Positions 1 through 7,415 of a DNA stretch of 12,696 bases are shown piece after piece (positions within the stretch are counted from its first letter, which is position 1; each line of letters begins with the position of its first letter). A program made the translations under genes and the position numbers. The notes beneath the pieces were generated by a model, which saw only the letters and a program-made list of their open reading frames with translations, was not told where the DNA came from and did no database searches. This DNA comes from a virus (taxonomy: Duplodnaviria; Heunggongvirae; Uroviricota; Caudoviricetes), in IMG/VR virus record IMGVR_UViG_2639763115_000001, positions 1 through 12,696 of that record; one strand, written 5' to 3'.

Positions 1-154
1 GTAAGTTGGCAGCATCACCTACAACGGCATTACCGCTATGCATTGCTCATCTTACACACAGCGCAATGTTGATAGATAACCCCAGCATGGAACATGGGTG
101 AAACAGTAGGTCAGAGCTTCAGGCTCTGTGTTGTCAATACAGTGAGGCATAATT

Positions 155-364
155 ATGGCTTTCATTCCACCAACCATCGACGATGTTAGACATTGCTCTA
201 ACGCTTTATCTGTAGACCCCGCCGAAACCGACGCTGCCCGCGCCATTGCTGAACACTACTCAAAGATATCCAATCAGGAGTACCGCATCACCCAAGACGA
301 CCTGGATGACCTCACTGACACAATCGAATATCTCATGGCCACTAACCAGCCAGACTCACAATAA
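155..364 (+). CDS. Small, highly acidic hypothetical protein (69 aa)
   Basis: ATG at 155 preceded by GTGAGG SD 7 nt upstream. 14 Asp/Glu versus 4 Arg/Lys (net about -10). No family recognised. Confidence 0.5.
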   Translation: MAFIPPTIDDVRHCSNALSVDPAETDAARAIAEHYSKISNQEYRITQDDLDDLTDTIEYLMATNQPDSQ

Positions 365-401
365 ATGCACTAATAAATCTATTATTTTCGTTGGATCCTT
401 C

Positions 402-452
402 TATAATGGTGGCCAACAACTCCCAGTGTAATTCGCTGTGAGTTGTTGGCCA
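402..452 (+). promoter_or_regulatory. Perfect -10 hexamer TATAAT (402-407) followed by a 13-bp perfect inverted repeat (410-422 / 440-452, 17-nt spacer); candidate promoter/operator or 5' UTR stem-loop for the 283-aa gene
   Basis: Read directly: TGGCCAACAACTC ... GAGTTGTTGGCCA. Sits in the 110-nt gap between the two plus-strand genes, 22 nt before the GGAGGAGG SD of the downstream gene. No convincing -35. Confidence 0.4.
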
Positions 453-474
453 TGTCAATTCTGGAGGAGGATCA

Positions 475-1326
475 ATGATAAATTATGTCTACGGCGAACA
501 ACTGTACCAGGAGTTCGTCAGCTTCAGGGATCTCTTTCTAAAAAAAGCTGTTGCACGCGCCCAACACGTTGATGCCGCCAGCGACGGTCGTCCTGTACGC
601 CCGGTTGTCGTTCTGCCGTTCAAAGAAACGGACAGCATTCAGGCTGAAATTGATAAATGGACTTTAATGGCGCGGGAACTGGAACAGTACCCAGACCTCA
701 ATATCCCAAAGACTATTTTATATCCTGTGCCTAACATCCTTCGCGGTGTGCGTAAGGTTACGACCTATCAGACAGAAGCTGTAAACAGCGTCAACATGAC
801 CGCTGGCCGCATTATTCATCTGATTGATAAGGACATTCGCATCCAAAAAAGCGCGGGGTTCAATGAGCACAGTGCGAAATACATAGAGAACCTGGAAGCA
901 ACAAAAGAGCTAATGAAGCAGTACCCGGAGGATGAAAAATTCCGTATGCGCGTACACGGCTTTAGCGAAACAATGCTGCGCGTTCACTACATCTCCAGTA
1001 GTCCTAACTACAATAACGGTAAATCAGTTAGTTACCATGTGCCGCTGTGTGGCGTGTTTATCTGCGATGAAACTCTCCGTGATGGAATCATCATCAACGG
1101 TGAATTCGAGAAAGCAAAATTTAGCCTTTATGACTCCATAGAACCGATCATCTGCGACCGCTGGCCACAAGCAAAAATATATCGCCTGGCAGATATTGAA
1201 AATGTAAAAAAACAAATTGCCATCACTCGCGAAGAGAAAAAGGTTAAGTCAGCCGCATCAGTTACGCGCAGCCGTAAAACCAAGAAGGGGCAGCCAGTAA
1301 ACGACAACCCCGAAAGCGCGCAATAA
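475..1326 (+). CDS. Hypothetical protein (283 aa) with a Lys/Arg-rich C-terminal tail
   Basis: ATG at 475 with strong SD GGAGGAGG. Long clean ORF ending 3 nt before a hairpin terminator. No family recognised by eye. Confidence 0.7.
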   Translation: MINYVYGEQLYQEFVSFRDLFLKKAVARAQHVDAASDGRPVRPVVVLPFKETDSIQAEIDKWTLMARELEQYPDLNIPKTILYPVPNILRGVRKVTTYQTEAVNSVNMTAGRIIHLIDKDIRIQKSAGFNEHSAKYIENLEATKELMKQYPEDEKFRMRVHGFSETMLRVHYISSSPNYNNGKSVSYHVPLCGVFICDETLRDGIIINGEFEKAKFSLYDSIEPIICDRWPQAKIYRLADIENVKKQIAITREEKKVKSAASVTRSRKTKKGQPVNDNPESAQ

Positions 1327-1358
1327 ATTATGCCCGGCATCAACCGGGCATTCTTCCA
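1327..1358. terminator. Hairpin between convergent genes (stem ATGCCCGG/CCGGGCAT 1330-1351, 6-nt loop); probable bidirectional terminator
   Basis: 8-bp GC-rich stem read directly, with AT-rich flanks on both sides. Lies between the stop of the 283-aa gene (1324-1326) and the stop of the alternate-frame segment (1359-1361). Confidence 0.55.
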
Positions 1359-1586
1359 TTATTCAGCCGCCACCGGTTTTAACAAGCCAGCATCGAGCAG
1401 TTTACGCGTCAACCACTGCTGGCCTTTACCCGTTAATTGAGGCGTCAACCGTATCTGATAGCCATCTTCATCATCCAGCACCACTTCTTTCACCGTGAAA
1501 TAATCGACTATGACGAACGATATAAGGCGTAATGTGAGCGCCAGCTCCCGCAGCTCCACAGCCACAGCATGGACGGGAAGCCACAA
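1359..1586 (-). other. Out-of-frame 3' continuation of the 1471-2370 gene (probable true C-terminus after a frameshift)
   Basis: This frame is open for 75 codons and ends exactly at the 1330-1351 hairpin. Its translation (…[15 protein letters not shown]…KPVAAE) looks protein-like, while the tail of the 299-aa frame (…[15 protein letters not shown]…) does not. Track start is TTG. Confidence 0.3.
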
Positions 1587-2370
1587 AGTCCATGTACTCG
1601 GGCAATTTTAGCGATTGAAGTTTTGGTATTTTGAAATGCGCCATACCTGGGTCGGAGTCAACATCCACAGGGCATACTTTTGCACGCATCGGCGCGGCGC
1701 GTTCTTCCATCATTTGAACATATGCTGTAGCGCGATCGTCATACGGGCGAATATCCGCCTCTTTCAGAGGTCCGCTATCCTGCGGAGTAGCCTTCATCTT
1801 ATTTATTGATATGCGGCAGACTTCTTCCGGCATCAGGTGCATCATGTTGCGCATGAAAGCCCACCAGCACAGCTCCTGAATACTTAAATCATGGCTATTT
1901 GAAAGGCCCATTTCCTGACGGGCGACATCCAGTATCCAGTTAACGCGATTATTGTGCAGCGTTTCTTTCAGCTCATTAAAACCACGCATCCGGTAATGGT
2001 TATCGTGATGCCAGCACAACAACACCGCGCTATTGTCTCGTTCTGCGTGGACAATATGGTTGTCACACCAACTACGATCTGCGGCCTGGCATTGACCCTC
2101 TTTCCTACGCAACCACGCCACCAGCGCGTCAATTCCACCAATACGGCGAAACAGTTCATCGCTGTTAAAAAACGGCTGCAACGCCTCATTTGTTGCCATG
2201 GTTTGCTCCGTAACAACGAGGCCGTCTTCCATGTGCTCGATTAACTCACGCGGCACCGGCTCCATAATAAATTTACGGCCAGCCTCCACCAGCTTTCGGA
2301 CCTCCTGATCCACTTTGAACGTGGCGAGGCCAAGCTCTTTCTGTACAAAGGGAGTAATTACGGCTTTCAC
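1471..2370 (-). CDS. Phage protein with a Cys/His cluster (C-x2-H … C-W-H-H-x2-H), HNH-like/metal-binding; tentatively DUF968-like; apparently frameshifted near 1580
   Basis: GTG start at 2370 with AAGGTG SD 5 nt upstream. Motif [24 protein letters not shown] read from the translation. Family assignment is from memory only. Confidence 0.55.
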   Translation of the reverse strand: MKAVITPFVQKELGLATFKVDQEVRKLVEAGRKFIMEPVPRELIEHMEDGLVVTEQTMATNEALQPFFNSDELFRRIGGIDALVAWLRRKEGQCQAADRSWCDNHIVHAERDNSAVLLCWHHDNHYRMRGFNELKETLHNNRVNWILDVARQEMGLSNSHDLSIQELCWWAFMRNMMHLMPEEVCRISINKMKATPQDSGPLKEADIRPYDDRATAYVQMMEERAAPMRAKVCPVDVDSDPGMAHFKIPKLQSLKLPEYMDFVASRPCCGCGAAGAGAHITPYIVRHSRLFHGERSGAG

Positions 2371-2397
2371 ATCACACCTTTAATCACTGATTGGGCT

Positions 2398-2577
2398 TTA
2401 TCTGCTGCCCGGCATTATCTGTTTAAGCACAACCATTTCCTGACGGCATAACACAGCAATAGCAGTCCTGGCTCCAATTTGCTTACCAACCAGGTATTGC
2501 TTTACCTCGCGGCGACTCACGCCATCAAGAAGCATCTTTAACGCTTCACGGGACAATTTGTTGTATTTGCGTGCCAT
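2398..2577 (-). CDS. Small basic hypothetical protein (59 aa) immediately downstream of doc
   Basis: Internal ATG at 2577 with GGAG SD 7 nt upstream, 5 nt after the doc stop codon. The track ORF starts at an upstream ATG (2598) that overlaps doc. Confidence 0.45.
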   Translation of the reverse strand: MARKYNKLSREALKMLLDGVSRREVKQYLVGKQIGARTAIAVLCRQEMVVLKQIMPGSR

Positions 2578-2581
2578 TAAT

Positions 2582-2962
2582 CTACTCCGCAGAACCATAC
2601 AATCTACGTAACGTGGCGGCGACAGAAGATACAGATATCTCGCCAGTCGCAGCGCCTACAGTAAGGTCTGCCAGTTCAGGTGAATCAAATACCTGCACCC
2701 CGTTACGGCGTAGAAATAGCAGCGCACTGTTTAGCGCGGTACGCTTATTGGCATCATTGAATATATGCCCTCTCGCTGTAGCCACCAGGTAGGTGGCGGA
2801 GACTTCGAAAAGGTCGGTGATCTCTTCGTAGGCAACTCTGGCCTGAACTCTCCCGATAATGGCCTCTGCCCTACCCGGATCTGACATTCCCGGCAGGCCG
2901 CCGTAGCGGCTTATATTCGCATCATGAAGCGCAATAAGTTCTTCCGGTGATATATGCCTCAT
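2582..2962 (-). CDS. doc: Doc toxin (Fic-fold kinase, death on curing), 126 aa
   Basis: Translation carries the Fic/Doc active-site motif [12 protein letters not shown] and matches P1 Doc as I remember it over its whole length. Start ATG shares one base with the phd stop (TAATG). Confidence 0.95.
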
Positions 2963-3183
2963 TATCGGTTAACCAGTTCCTTGTTGGTGGAGTCCAGGGT
3001 GTCAAACAGGGATGCAAATTCAGCATCCAGCGCCGCTTTTTTGTAGGCTTCGAAAGTAGCCTTGCTGACAATTACTGCTGGCTCACGGCCTCTGCGGGTG
3101 ATTTCAACCTCTTCCCCGGCTTCAACATTGTTGAGCACTTCAGAAAGGTTGCCGCGCGCGGTACGGAAGTTAATGGATTGCAT
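2962..3183 (-). CDS. phd: Phd antitoxin (prevent host death), 73 aa
   Basis: Translation from the internal ATG ([19 protein letters not shown]…) matches P1 Phd in sequence and length. GAGGTG SD 5 nt upstream. The track ORF begins 2 codons earlier on GTG. Confidence 0.93.
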
Positions 3184-3189
3184 AAACAC

Positions 3190-3221
3190 CTCGTGTACTC
3201 GTTATGTGTACACAATTATAA
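3190..3221 (-). promoter_or_regulatory. Putative phd-doc promoter/operator: perfect palindrome TGTGTACACA (3205-3214), adjacent GTGTAC half-site (3193-3198), minus-strand -10 TATAAT (3215-3220)
   Basis: Palindrome and hexamer read directly. Phd/Doc are known to autoregulate through palindromic operator sites at their promoter. -35 is poor. Confidence 0.5.
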
Positions 3222-3255
3222 ACTTCACAGGCATAAAGCACCAGCACTTTGCAGC

Positions 3256-3645
3256 TTAAATCACCGGACAGTCATCAAATTCCCCACTTCGGGCATCATT
3301 GATGACATGAGTGATCACACCAAAAACAGCATTACTACCCGTGTAACCATCGTCATCTACTGGTAACGCCTCTTTCTTCCCGGTGCTTAAATCCTCCAGG
3401 TGCTGGCGCGGATACTTTCGGTATCTCTTTATGCGATATTCACCCTCCATAGCGCAGACAAGCAGCGAACCATCAACCGGAGTAAGCGAGGAATCAACCA
3501 CCAGCAAAGCACCCTGCAATATTCCCTCACGGTGATGGCTGTCTGCCGCCCGCATGAAGTATGTCGCTGATGGATGCCTGATTAGTTGCTGATCAAGAGA
3601 AATTCTGCTTTCAACATAATCCGCCGCAGGAGAAGGGAAGCCCAT
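3256..3645 (-). CDS. humD: UmuD'-like protein (S24 peptidase fold), encoded already in the processed form
   Basis: Starts MGFPSPAADYVE…, the N-terminus UmuD has only after RecA-mediated cleavage at Cys24-Gly25. Conserved HPSATYF and LLVVDSS blocks. GAGGTG SD. No umuC-like polymerase follows. Confidence 0.85.
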   Translation of the reverse strand: MGFPSPAADYVESRISLDQQLIRHPSATYFMRAADSHHREGILQGALLVVDSSLTPVDGSLLVCAMEGEYRIKRYRKYPRQHLEDLSTGKKEALPVDDDGYTGSNAVFGVITHVINDARSGEFDDCPVI

Positions 3646-3662
3646 AGCGTTTTCACCTCAAC

Positions 3663-3682
3663 AATACTGTTTATTTATACAG
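3663..3682. promoter_or_regulatory. LexA (SOS) box TACTGTTTATTTATACAGTA
   Basis: CTGT-N8-ACAG with TA flanks, about 17/20 to the E. coli consensus. Lies 18 nt upstream of the humD start codon and 138 nt upstream of the divergent 191-aa gene. Confidence 0.8.
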
Positions 3683-3819
3683 TATACATTAAAGAGACAC
3701 CTTTGGTGCAAACGCGTTATGTACATCAACCACCGCAGATGATTTTGTGCGCTTTGCTACTATTCATCACCAACGGATCAGCGTAACCTCGTTGCCAATC
3801 AGTTAATAAGGAATTAGCT

Positions 3820-4395
3820 ATGCCTAATCGCATTCCTCTCGATCCTGTATTGCCCAAAAATTTTGACTGCACTCCTAACGAGAAACGCTCTAAAGCTCAG
3901 CTGGACGCCTGGTGGGATCATCCGTATGGAGTTACACAATCTGACGGGAAAATTGTTGTTTTTTGTCTAAACGGTGGCGCGTGGGACCGTCCATCCATGC
4001 TTTGTTTGGCAGATAACTATGATGACGCCTGTGAACTTGCAGAAAGAAAGCAGGCAAGCTGGGTAAAAACACGGTCTAAACCGTCATTCATGTTTTCAAT
4101 AGAACCGCCATTTATCCTAGCAAGGATGCCGCAGCGACCAGACCAGGAACAGCAAGAGATTGTTGCCGAATTTGATTCAAGGGAAGAAATGAACCTCTTC
4201 ACGATGAAACAGGAACAAGAAGAGAATCTTGGAGTTTCACCATTTTTGGATCACAAGAGTATGAACCTCGACCTGCTTATCTGGTACAGCAATGAGCTTG
4301 AGTTATCGCTGTCCCGGCTTGAAAAAGAAAAAGCAGCTATCCAGGCACAACGTGAAGCTGTGTTGGCGCGGATTAAAGAAGTACAGAACGGATGA
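3820..4395 (+). CDS. Hypothetical protein (191 aa) with C-terminal coiled-coil, divergent from humD across the LexA box; possibly the lxr (LexA-regulated) position of P1
   Basis: ATG at 3820 with AAGGA SD. The lxr assignment is positional only, not sequence-based. Confidence 0.6.
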   Translation: MPNRIPLDPVLPKNFDCTPNEKRSKAQLDAWWDHPYGVTQSDGKIVVFCLNGGAWDRPSMLCLADNYDDACELAERKQASWVKTRSKPSFMFSIEPPFILARMPQRPDQEQQEIVAEFDSREEMNLFTMKQEQEENLGVSPFLDHKSMNLDLLIWYSNELELSLSRLEKEKAAIQAQREAVLARIKEVQNG

Positions 4396-4401
4396 TTGCT
4401 G

Positions 4402-4653
4402 TTATTTTTTGATGGTATCGTCTTTTTGGTATACCGGATCGCTTCCCTTTGGCAACTGGAGGCTTAACTGCCGGTAGTGCCGTAGACGTTCCATGAAATA
4501 GGTGCGCAGGTTCTCTGGTTGCTCGCGGGCTACCTGTTCAGCTATGACAGGTATGTTCAATCGCTCTTTGTAGGCAACCCCCCTAGCAGCCAGGTCAACG
4601 TTAACTTTATTCCTTTCTTCCTGGCTTTTAGCTGCTATGTTCCATTCGTTCAT
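4402..4653 (-). CDS. hot: Homolog of DNA polymerase III theta subunit (HolE-like), 83 aa
   Basis: [42 protein letters not shown] aligns with E. coli theta ([42 protein letters not shown]). Second in-frame ATG chosen, giving the 83-aa length I recall for P1 Hot; the track ORF starts 4 codons earlier (4665). Confidence 0.85.
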   Translation of the reverse strand: MNEWNIAAKSQEERNKVNVDLAARGVAYKERLNIPVIAEQVAREQPENLRTYFMERLRHYRQLSLQLPKGSDPVYQKDDTIKK

Positions 4654-5121
4654 ATTAAATCCCATCCAGAATAATTGAATAACGGCTATTATTTAGTCGC
4701 CGCAATATCTTCAAAGTTTTTTTCTCACCCCATTGCTTTTTGCGCACAGCTTATCTGGCTTGCGGTGCGCCGAAATGTAAATTCGCCTTCAGAGTTATCC
4801 ACAAAGTTATGCACTTGCAACGAGGCCATTTTCCTCATACTGTGTTTGCACACACAGGAAATGGATATTTTATTAATTGAATTTTATTAAATAATAATGA
4901 TAAGGAGAAAATTTGAGATGTAATCATGACATTAATAGATAGGGCCTGCATTACAGGCCCCAACTACATCAAGGAATTCACAGTTCCCTGATTTTTATAC
5001 CGAAAACATGTGCCGTAAGTTCACGTTAACGACTTTCTTTCACCGAATCCAACTATATAGAGGTTGGGTTTCTACGTCAACGTGAGAGCACACAGCTTTA
5101 CATTTGACGAGGATTACCCTG

Positions 5122-5259
5122 ATGATTGTAATTTTTCAGTTTCTAAGTGCATTTTTAAATGCGCCTGTTCTTAGCCAAGTGCTGGCGATTGTCTTCATCG
5201 TGGTTCTGATATGGTTTTTCAAGTCAGTGATAAACAGAGGCGTGCGCTGGCTTATTTAA
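5122..5259 (+). CDS. Small hydrophobic protein (45 aa, MIVIFQFLSAFLNAPVLSQVLAIVFIVVLIWFFKSVINRGVRWLI); one predicted transmembrane helix, basic C-terminus
   Basis: Not in the ORF track. ATG at 5122 with GAGGA SD 8 nt upstream. Only plus-strand gene in an AT-rich intergenic island. Confidence 0.3.
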   Translation: MIVIFQFLSAFLNAPVLSQVLAIVFIVVLIWFFKSVINRGVRWLI

Positions 5260-5442
5260 TGTCGCGCTGAGATATTAATTCCCTTGCTGTTTAACCATTT
5301 TTTGTGTGTGCTGGTGAGCGTGTGAAGGCTCAATTTGTTGCCCACCAGTATTTACTATTTCTAAGCTCCACAGTGTCACTTCCGCACAAACAACTTAGCG
5401 CGGAATCAGTATTCGGCCCAAGATGTAAAAAGCCAACCTGCG

Positions 5443-5709
5443 TTATGGTTCGCATTTCCAAATAGTGTTCTGAACGCCCGTGCCGGGCGCGAGATGTGGA
5501 TTAGCGTTCGCGCTATGCTGATATACGGCTTTAGACTTTCCATATTGCTGACAGGCTTTATCTGCGGTTTTTTGCAGGCTATCCAGCCCATACCAGCCAT
5601 CAGACTGGATGCTTACCTTTTCACCGTCATTGTATTGCACCATTGCACACCCGGACATAGCCAGCATCGCACCGACAATAACGCTTTTCCATAAAACTCT
5701 ATGCAACAT
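5443..5709 (-). CDS. Putative small lipoprotein (88 aa from ATG; signal peptide with lipobox-like AMSGC)
   Basis: N-terminus MLHRVLWKSVIVGAMLAMSGC has a basic n-region, hydrophobic core and Cys. Track ORF starts on TTG two codons upstream. SD-like GAGGGGA lies inside the upstream terminator stem. Confidence 0.45.
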   Translation of the reverse strand: MLHRVLWKSVIVGAMLAMSGCAMVQYNDGEKVSIQSDGWYGLDSLQKTADKACQQYGKSKAVYQHSANANPHLAPGTGVQNTIWKCEP

Positions 5710-5713
5710 ATAC

Positions 5714-5745
5714 AAAAATCCCCTCTGTGAATTGAGGGGATTTTA
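5714..5745. terminator. Rho-independent terminator hairpin (TCCCCTC / GAGGGGA, 8-nt loop) with A-tract and T-tract flanks
   Basis: Read directly. Lies 34 nt downstream of the stop of the 249-aa minus-strand gene; the T-run follows the stem on the minus strand. Confidence 0.6.
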
Positions 5746-5778
5746 GCATGGTGATCAGATATCAGCTTTATCAGGAAT

Positions 5779-6528
5779 TTAATCAGCCTCCAGTGGCAAT
5801 AACGCCTTAGCCATTTCATGAACCAACATGGCATCAATGACGCCTAGCGTATGGCCCGGCTTAATCTTTAATGCGGCCTCAAGATAGCCTCTTTCCAGAG
5901 TGGTTTTTACGCTTTTCCTGGGCGCCTGTTGGGAACTATCCGGAAGATCCGGATGGTTCCCAGCCTCATAAGCTATCCGCAACCAGTGCATGAATGTTTC
6001 CGCAGACACACAACCGCAGTCCACATCGATTTTCCCGCGTTGCTGTTCCAGCCATTGCCCAAAATCCAACCTGTAAGCCTTACTTTCAAGTTCATCGCCA
6101 TTGAACTCGACTTTCTGCGACGCTATGAGAGCTGATTCGTATTGTTCGCGAGTGACAACTGACTGGTATTCATCGCTATCAAGATCACCAATTGGAAGCT
6201 CAATCTCACAACAAAAATTGCGCCCAAAGAACGTGTCTTTTTTGTGGTCTGAGCCAAAAGCAAAAGTCGCGCATGGCGCCATTAAATTGGCACTGAGCAG
6301 GCGACAATCGATCATACCATCAGGCCACCCGCCGCACTTAGGCAGCTCCTTCACTAACAAGTCGATAAGCTTCATTTTTTTATCATCTTTGCTAGTTGCT
6401 AACGCCATTTTTGCAAGTCCAAATACTTCATCTGCCGTATATCCAGCACCGTGACCATACATTTCGATACGGGAAATAATCTCTGATATACGCTCTTTAG
6501 TGATTCTGGTCATTTCTTTTTGCGCCAT
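5779..6528 (-). CDS. Hypothetical protein (249 aa)
   Basis: Long ORF. The ATG at 6528 has an AAGGA SD about 12 nt upstream; an alternative ATG at 6513 forms an ATGA start/stop overlap with the upstream gene. Confidence 0.7.
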   Translation of the reverse strand: MAQKEMTRITKERISEIISRIEMYGHGAGYTADEVFGLAKMALATSKDDKKMKLIDLLVKELPKCGGWPDGMIDCRLLSANLMAPCATFAFGSDHKKDTFFGRNFCCEIELPIGDLDSDEYQSVVTREQYESALIASQKVEFNGDELESKAYRLDFGQWLEQQRGKIDVDCGCVSAETFMHWLRIAYEAGNHPDLPDSSQQAPRKSVKTTLERGYLEAALKIKPGHTLGVIDAMLVHEMAKALLPLEAD

Positions 6529-6884
6529 TTCTTTTCACATTCCTTAGTCCATTTTTCAATGTTCATTTTGGCAATATCAGTCATTCCATCGCCTAAGAAA
6601 TACCTTTCCCGGTATGTCTTGCACTTAAACCACACTACAATAGCCACCAGCCAGAAAATAAAAGGCCAGACAGCAATACCAACTACAGCCACGATAAAGT
6701 CCAATAGACACAAATGAAGCTCCCCTACTTCTGTTTCAGGCAATATCTTTAAAGAGTTAAACAGCAGACTGAACGAATGGTCGTATGCAGTAGCGCTATA
6801 AGACATACAATCCATATAATTAAAATCATAGCCTGCGGCTGCCGCCCATAATGGGCAGTCAAGAAAATGTTTGAATGTCATCAT
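6510..6884 (-). CDS. Hypothetical membrane protein (124 aa), one long hydrophobic segment and a Lys-rich C-terminus
   Basis: ATG-ATG start at 6884 with no clear SD. Hydrophobic stretch FIVAVVGIAVWPFIFWLVAIVVWF. Confidence 0.5.
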   Translation of the reverse strand: MMTFKHFLDCPLWAAAAGYDFNYMDCMSYSATAYDHSFSLLFNSLKILPETEVGELHLCLLDFIVAVVGIAVWPFIFWLVAIVVWFKCKTYRERYFLGDGMTDIAKMNIEKWTKECEKKWRKKK

Positions 6885-6950
6885 ATAAATTTAATCAGTT
6901 ACACAGTGTGGCTGCTTCCCTGCCGTAACAGCAGGGTAATAAAGTTATAA

Positions 6951-7115
6951 TCAGTCTCCAGATAGAGATATAGCTAACGCACCAACGAGGAATAAGGTGC
7001 TACCAGCCAATGCACCGCAGCTCTCCGTTCCCCATTCAACGCCACCAGCCAAAGCCACAAAAAAACCACAAACACAGACAAATATAAACGTCGCCCAAAA
7101 CTGTTTCTTTTTCAT
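6951..7115 (-). CDS. Small membrane protein (54 aa, MKKKQFWATFIFVCVCGFFVALAGGVEWGTESCGALAGSTLFLVGALAISLSGD)
   Basis: Not in the ORF track. ATG at 7115 shares a base with the stop of the upstream gene (TAATG). GGAG 9 nt upstream. Two hydrophobic segments. Confidence 0.35.
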   Translation of the reverse strand: MKKKQFWATFIFVCVCGFFVALAGGVEWGTESCGALAGSTLFLVGALAISLSGD

Positions 7116-7408
7116 TATGGGGTGCTCCAGTTATCTTCAATTACAATGCTCAACCTTTGTAGCCATTCTGCTAATTTCAGCATTGCTTCTCTTTCGCTTA
7201 AACCACGCGGGAAATCATCAAGCGATATTGTTGGCTTGAAGTTCCCGAAATTATCCATTTCAACTGTCAGATTTTGCTCTAACACGGTATTCCTGACACG
7301 GCTATTGTGCCGAAGCAAATATACTGATCGTGATTCATTAGTTTTGTGGTCGAATTGATATTCGGTAAGTATCATCTGGCTTTTGCCATGACTATTACCT
7401 CTCCACAT
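7115..7408 (-). CDS. Hypothetical protein (97 aa from the internal ATG)
   Basis: ATG at 7408 with GAGG SD 7 nt upstream. The track ORF (7115-7495) extends further upstream across a small overlapping ORF, so the longer start is less likely. Confidence 0.5.
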   Translation of the reverse strand: MWRGNSHGKSQMILTEYQFDHKTNESRSVYLLRHNSRVRNTVLEQNLTVEMDNFGNFKPTISLDDFPRGLSEREAMLKLAEWLQRLSIVIEDNWSTP

Positions 7409-7415
7409 ACTTACC

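Noticed and set aside
126-142. LexA-box-like CTGTGTTGTCAATACAG upstream of the 69-aa gene
   Set aside because: The spacer between CTGT and ACAG is 9 nt, not the required 8; likely coincidental.
192-208. Partial C1-operator-like match ATTGCTCTAACGCTTTA
   Set aside because: Only about 12/17 to the consensus and it lies inside the coding sequence of the 69-aa gene; treated as chance.
52-246. Minus-strand 64-aa ORF overlapping the start of the 69-aa gene
   Set aside because: Antisense to a gene with a strong SD, no ribosome-binding site of its own, and an unremarkable translation.
1954-3366. Plus-strand ORFs 1954-2244, 2571-2792, 2947-3366, 3062-3259 across the HNH-like, doc, phd and humD genes
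   Set aside because: Antisense to well-supported minus-strand genes, with no SDs.
4396-4440. Possible terminator between the convergent 191-aa gene and hot
   Set aside because: A T-run is present but I could not find a complementary stem, so no hairpin is called.
4839-4858. LexA-like TACTGTGTTTGCACACACAG in the AT-rich island
   Set aside because: CTGT and ACAG are 10 nt apart, and the N8 reading gives ACAC instead of ACAG; not a canonical SOS box.
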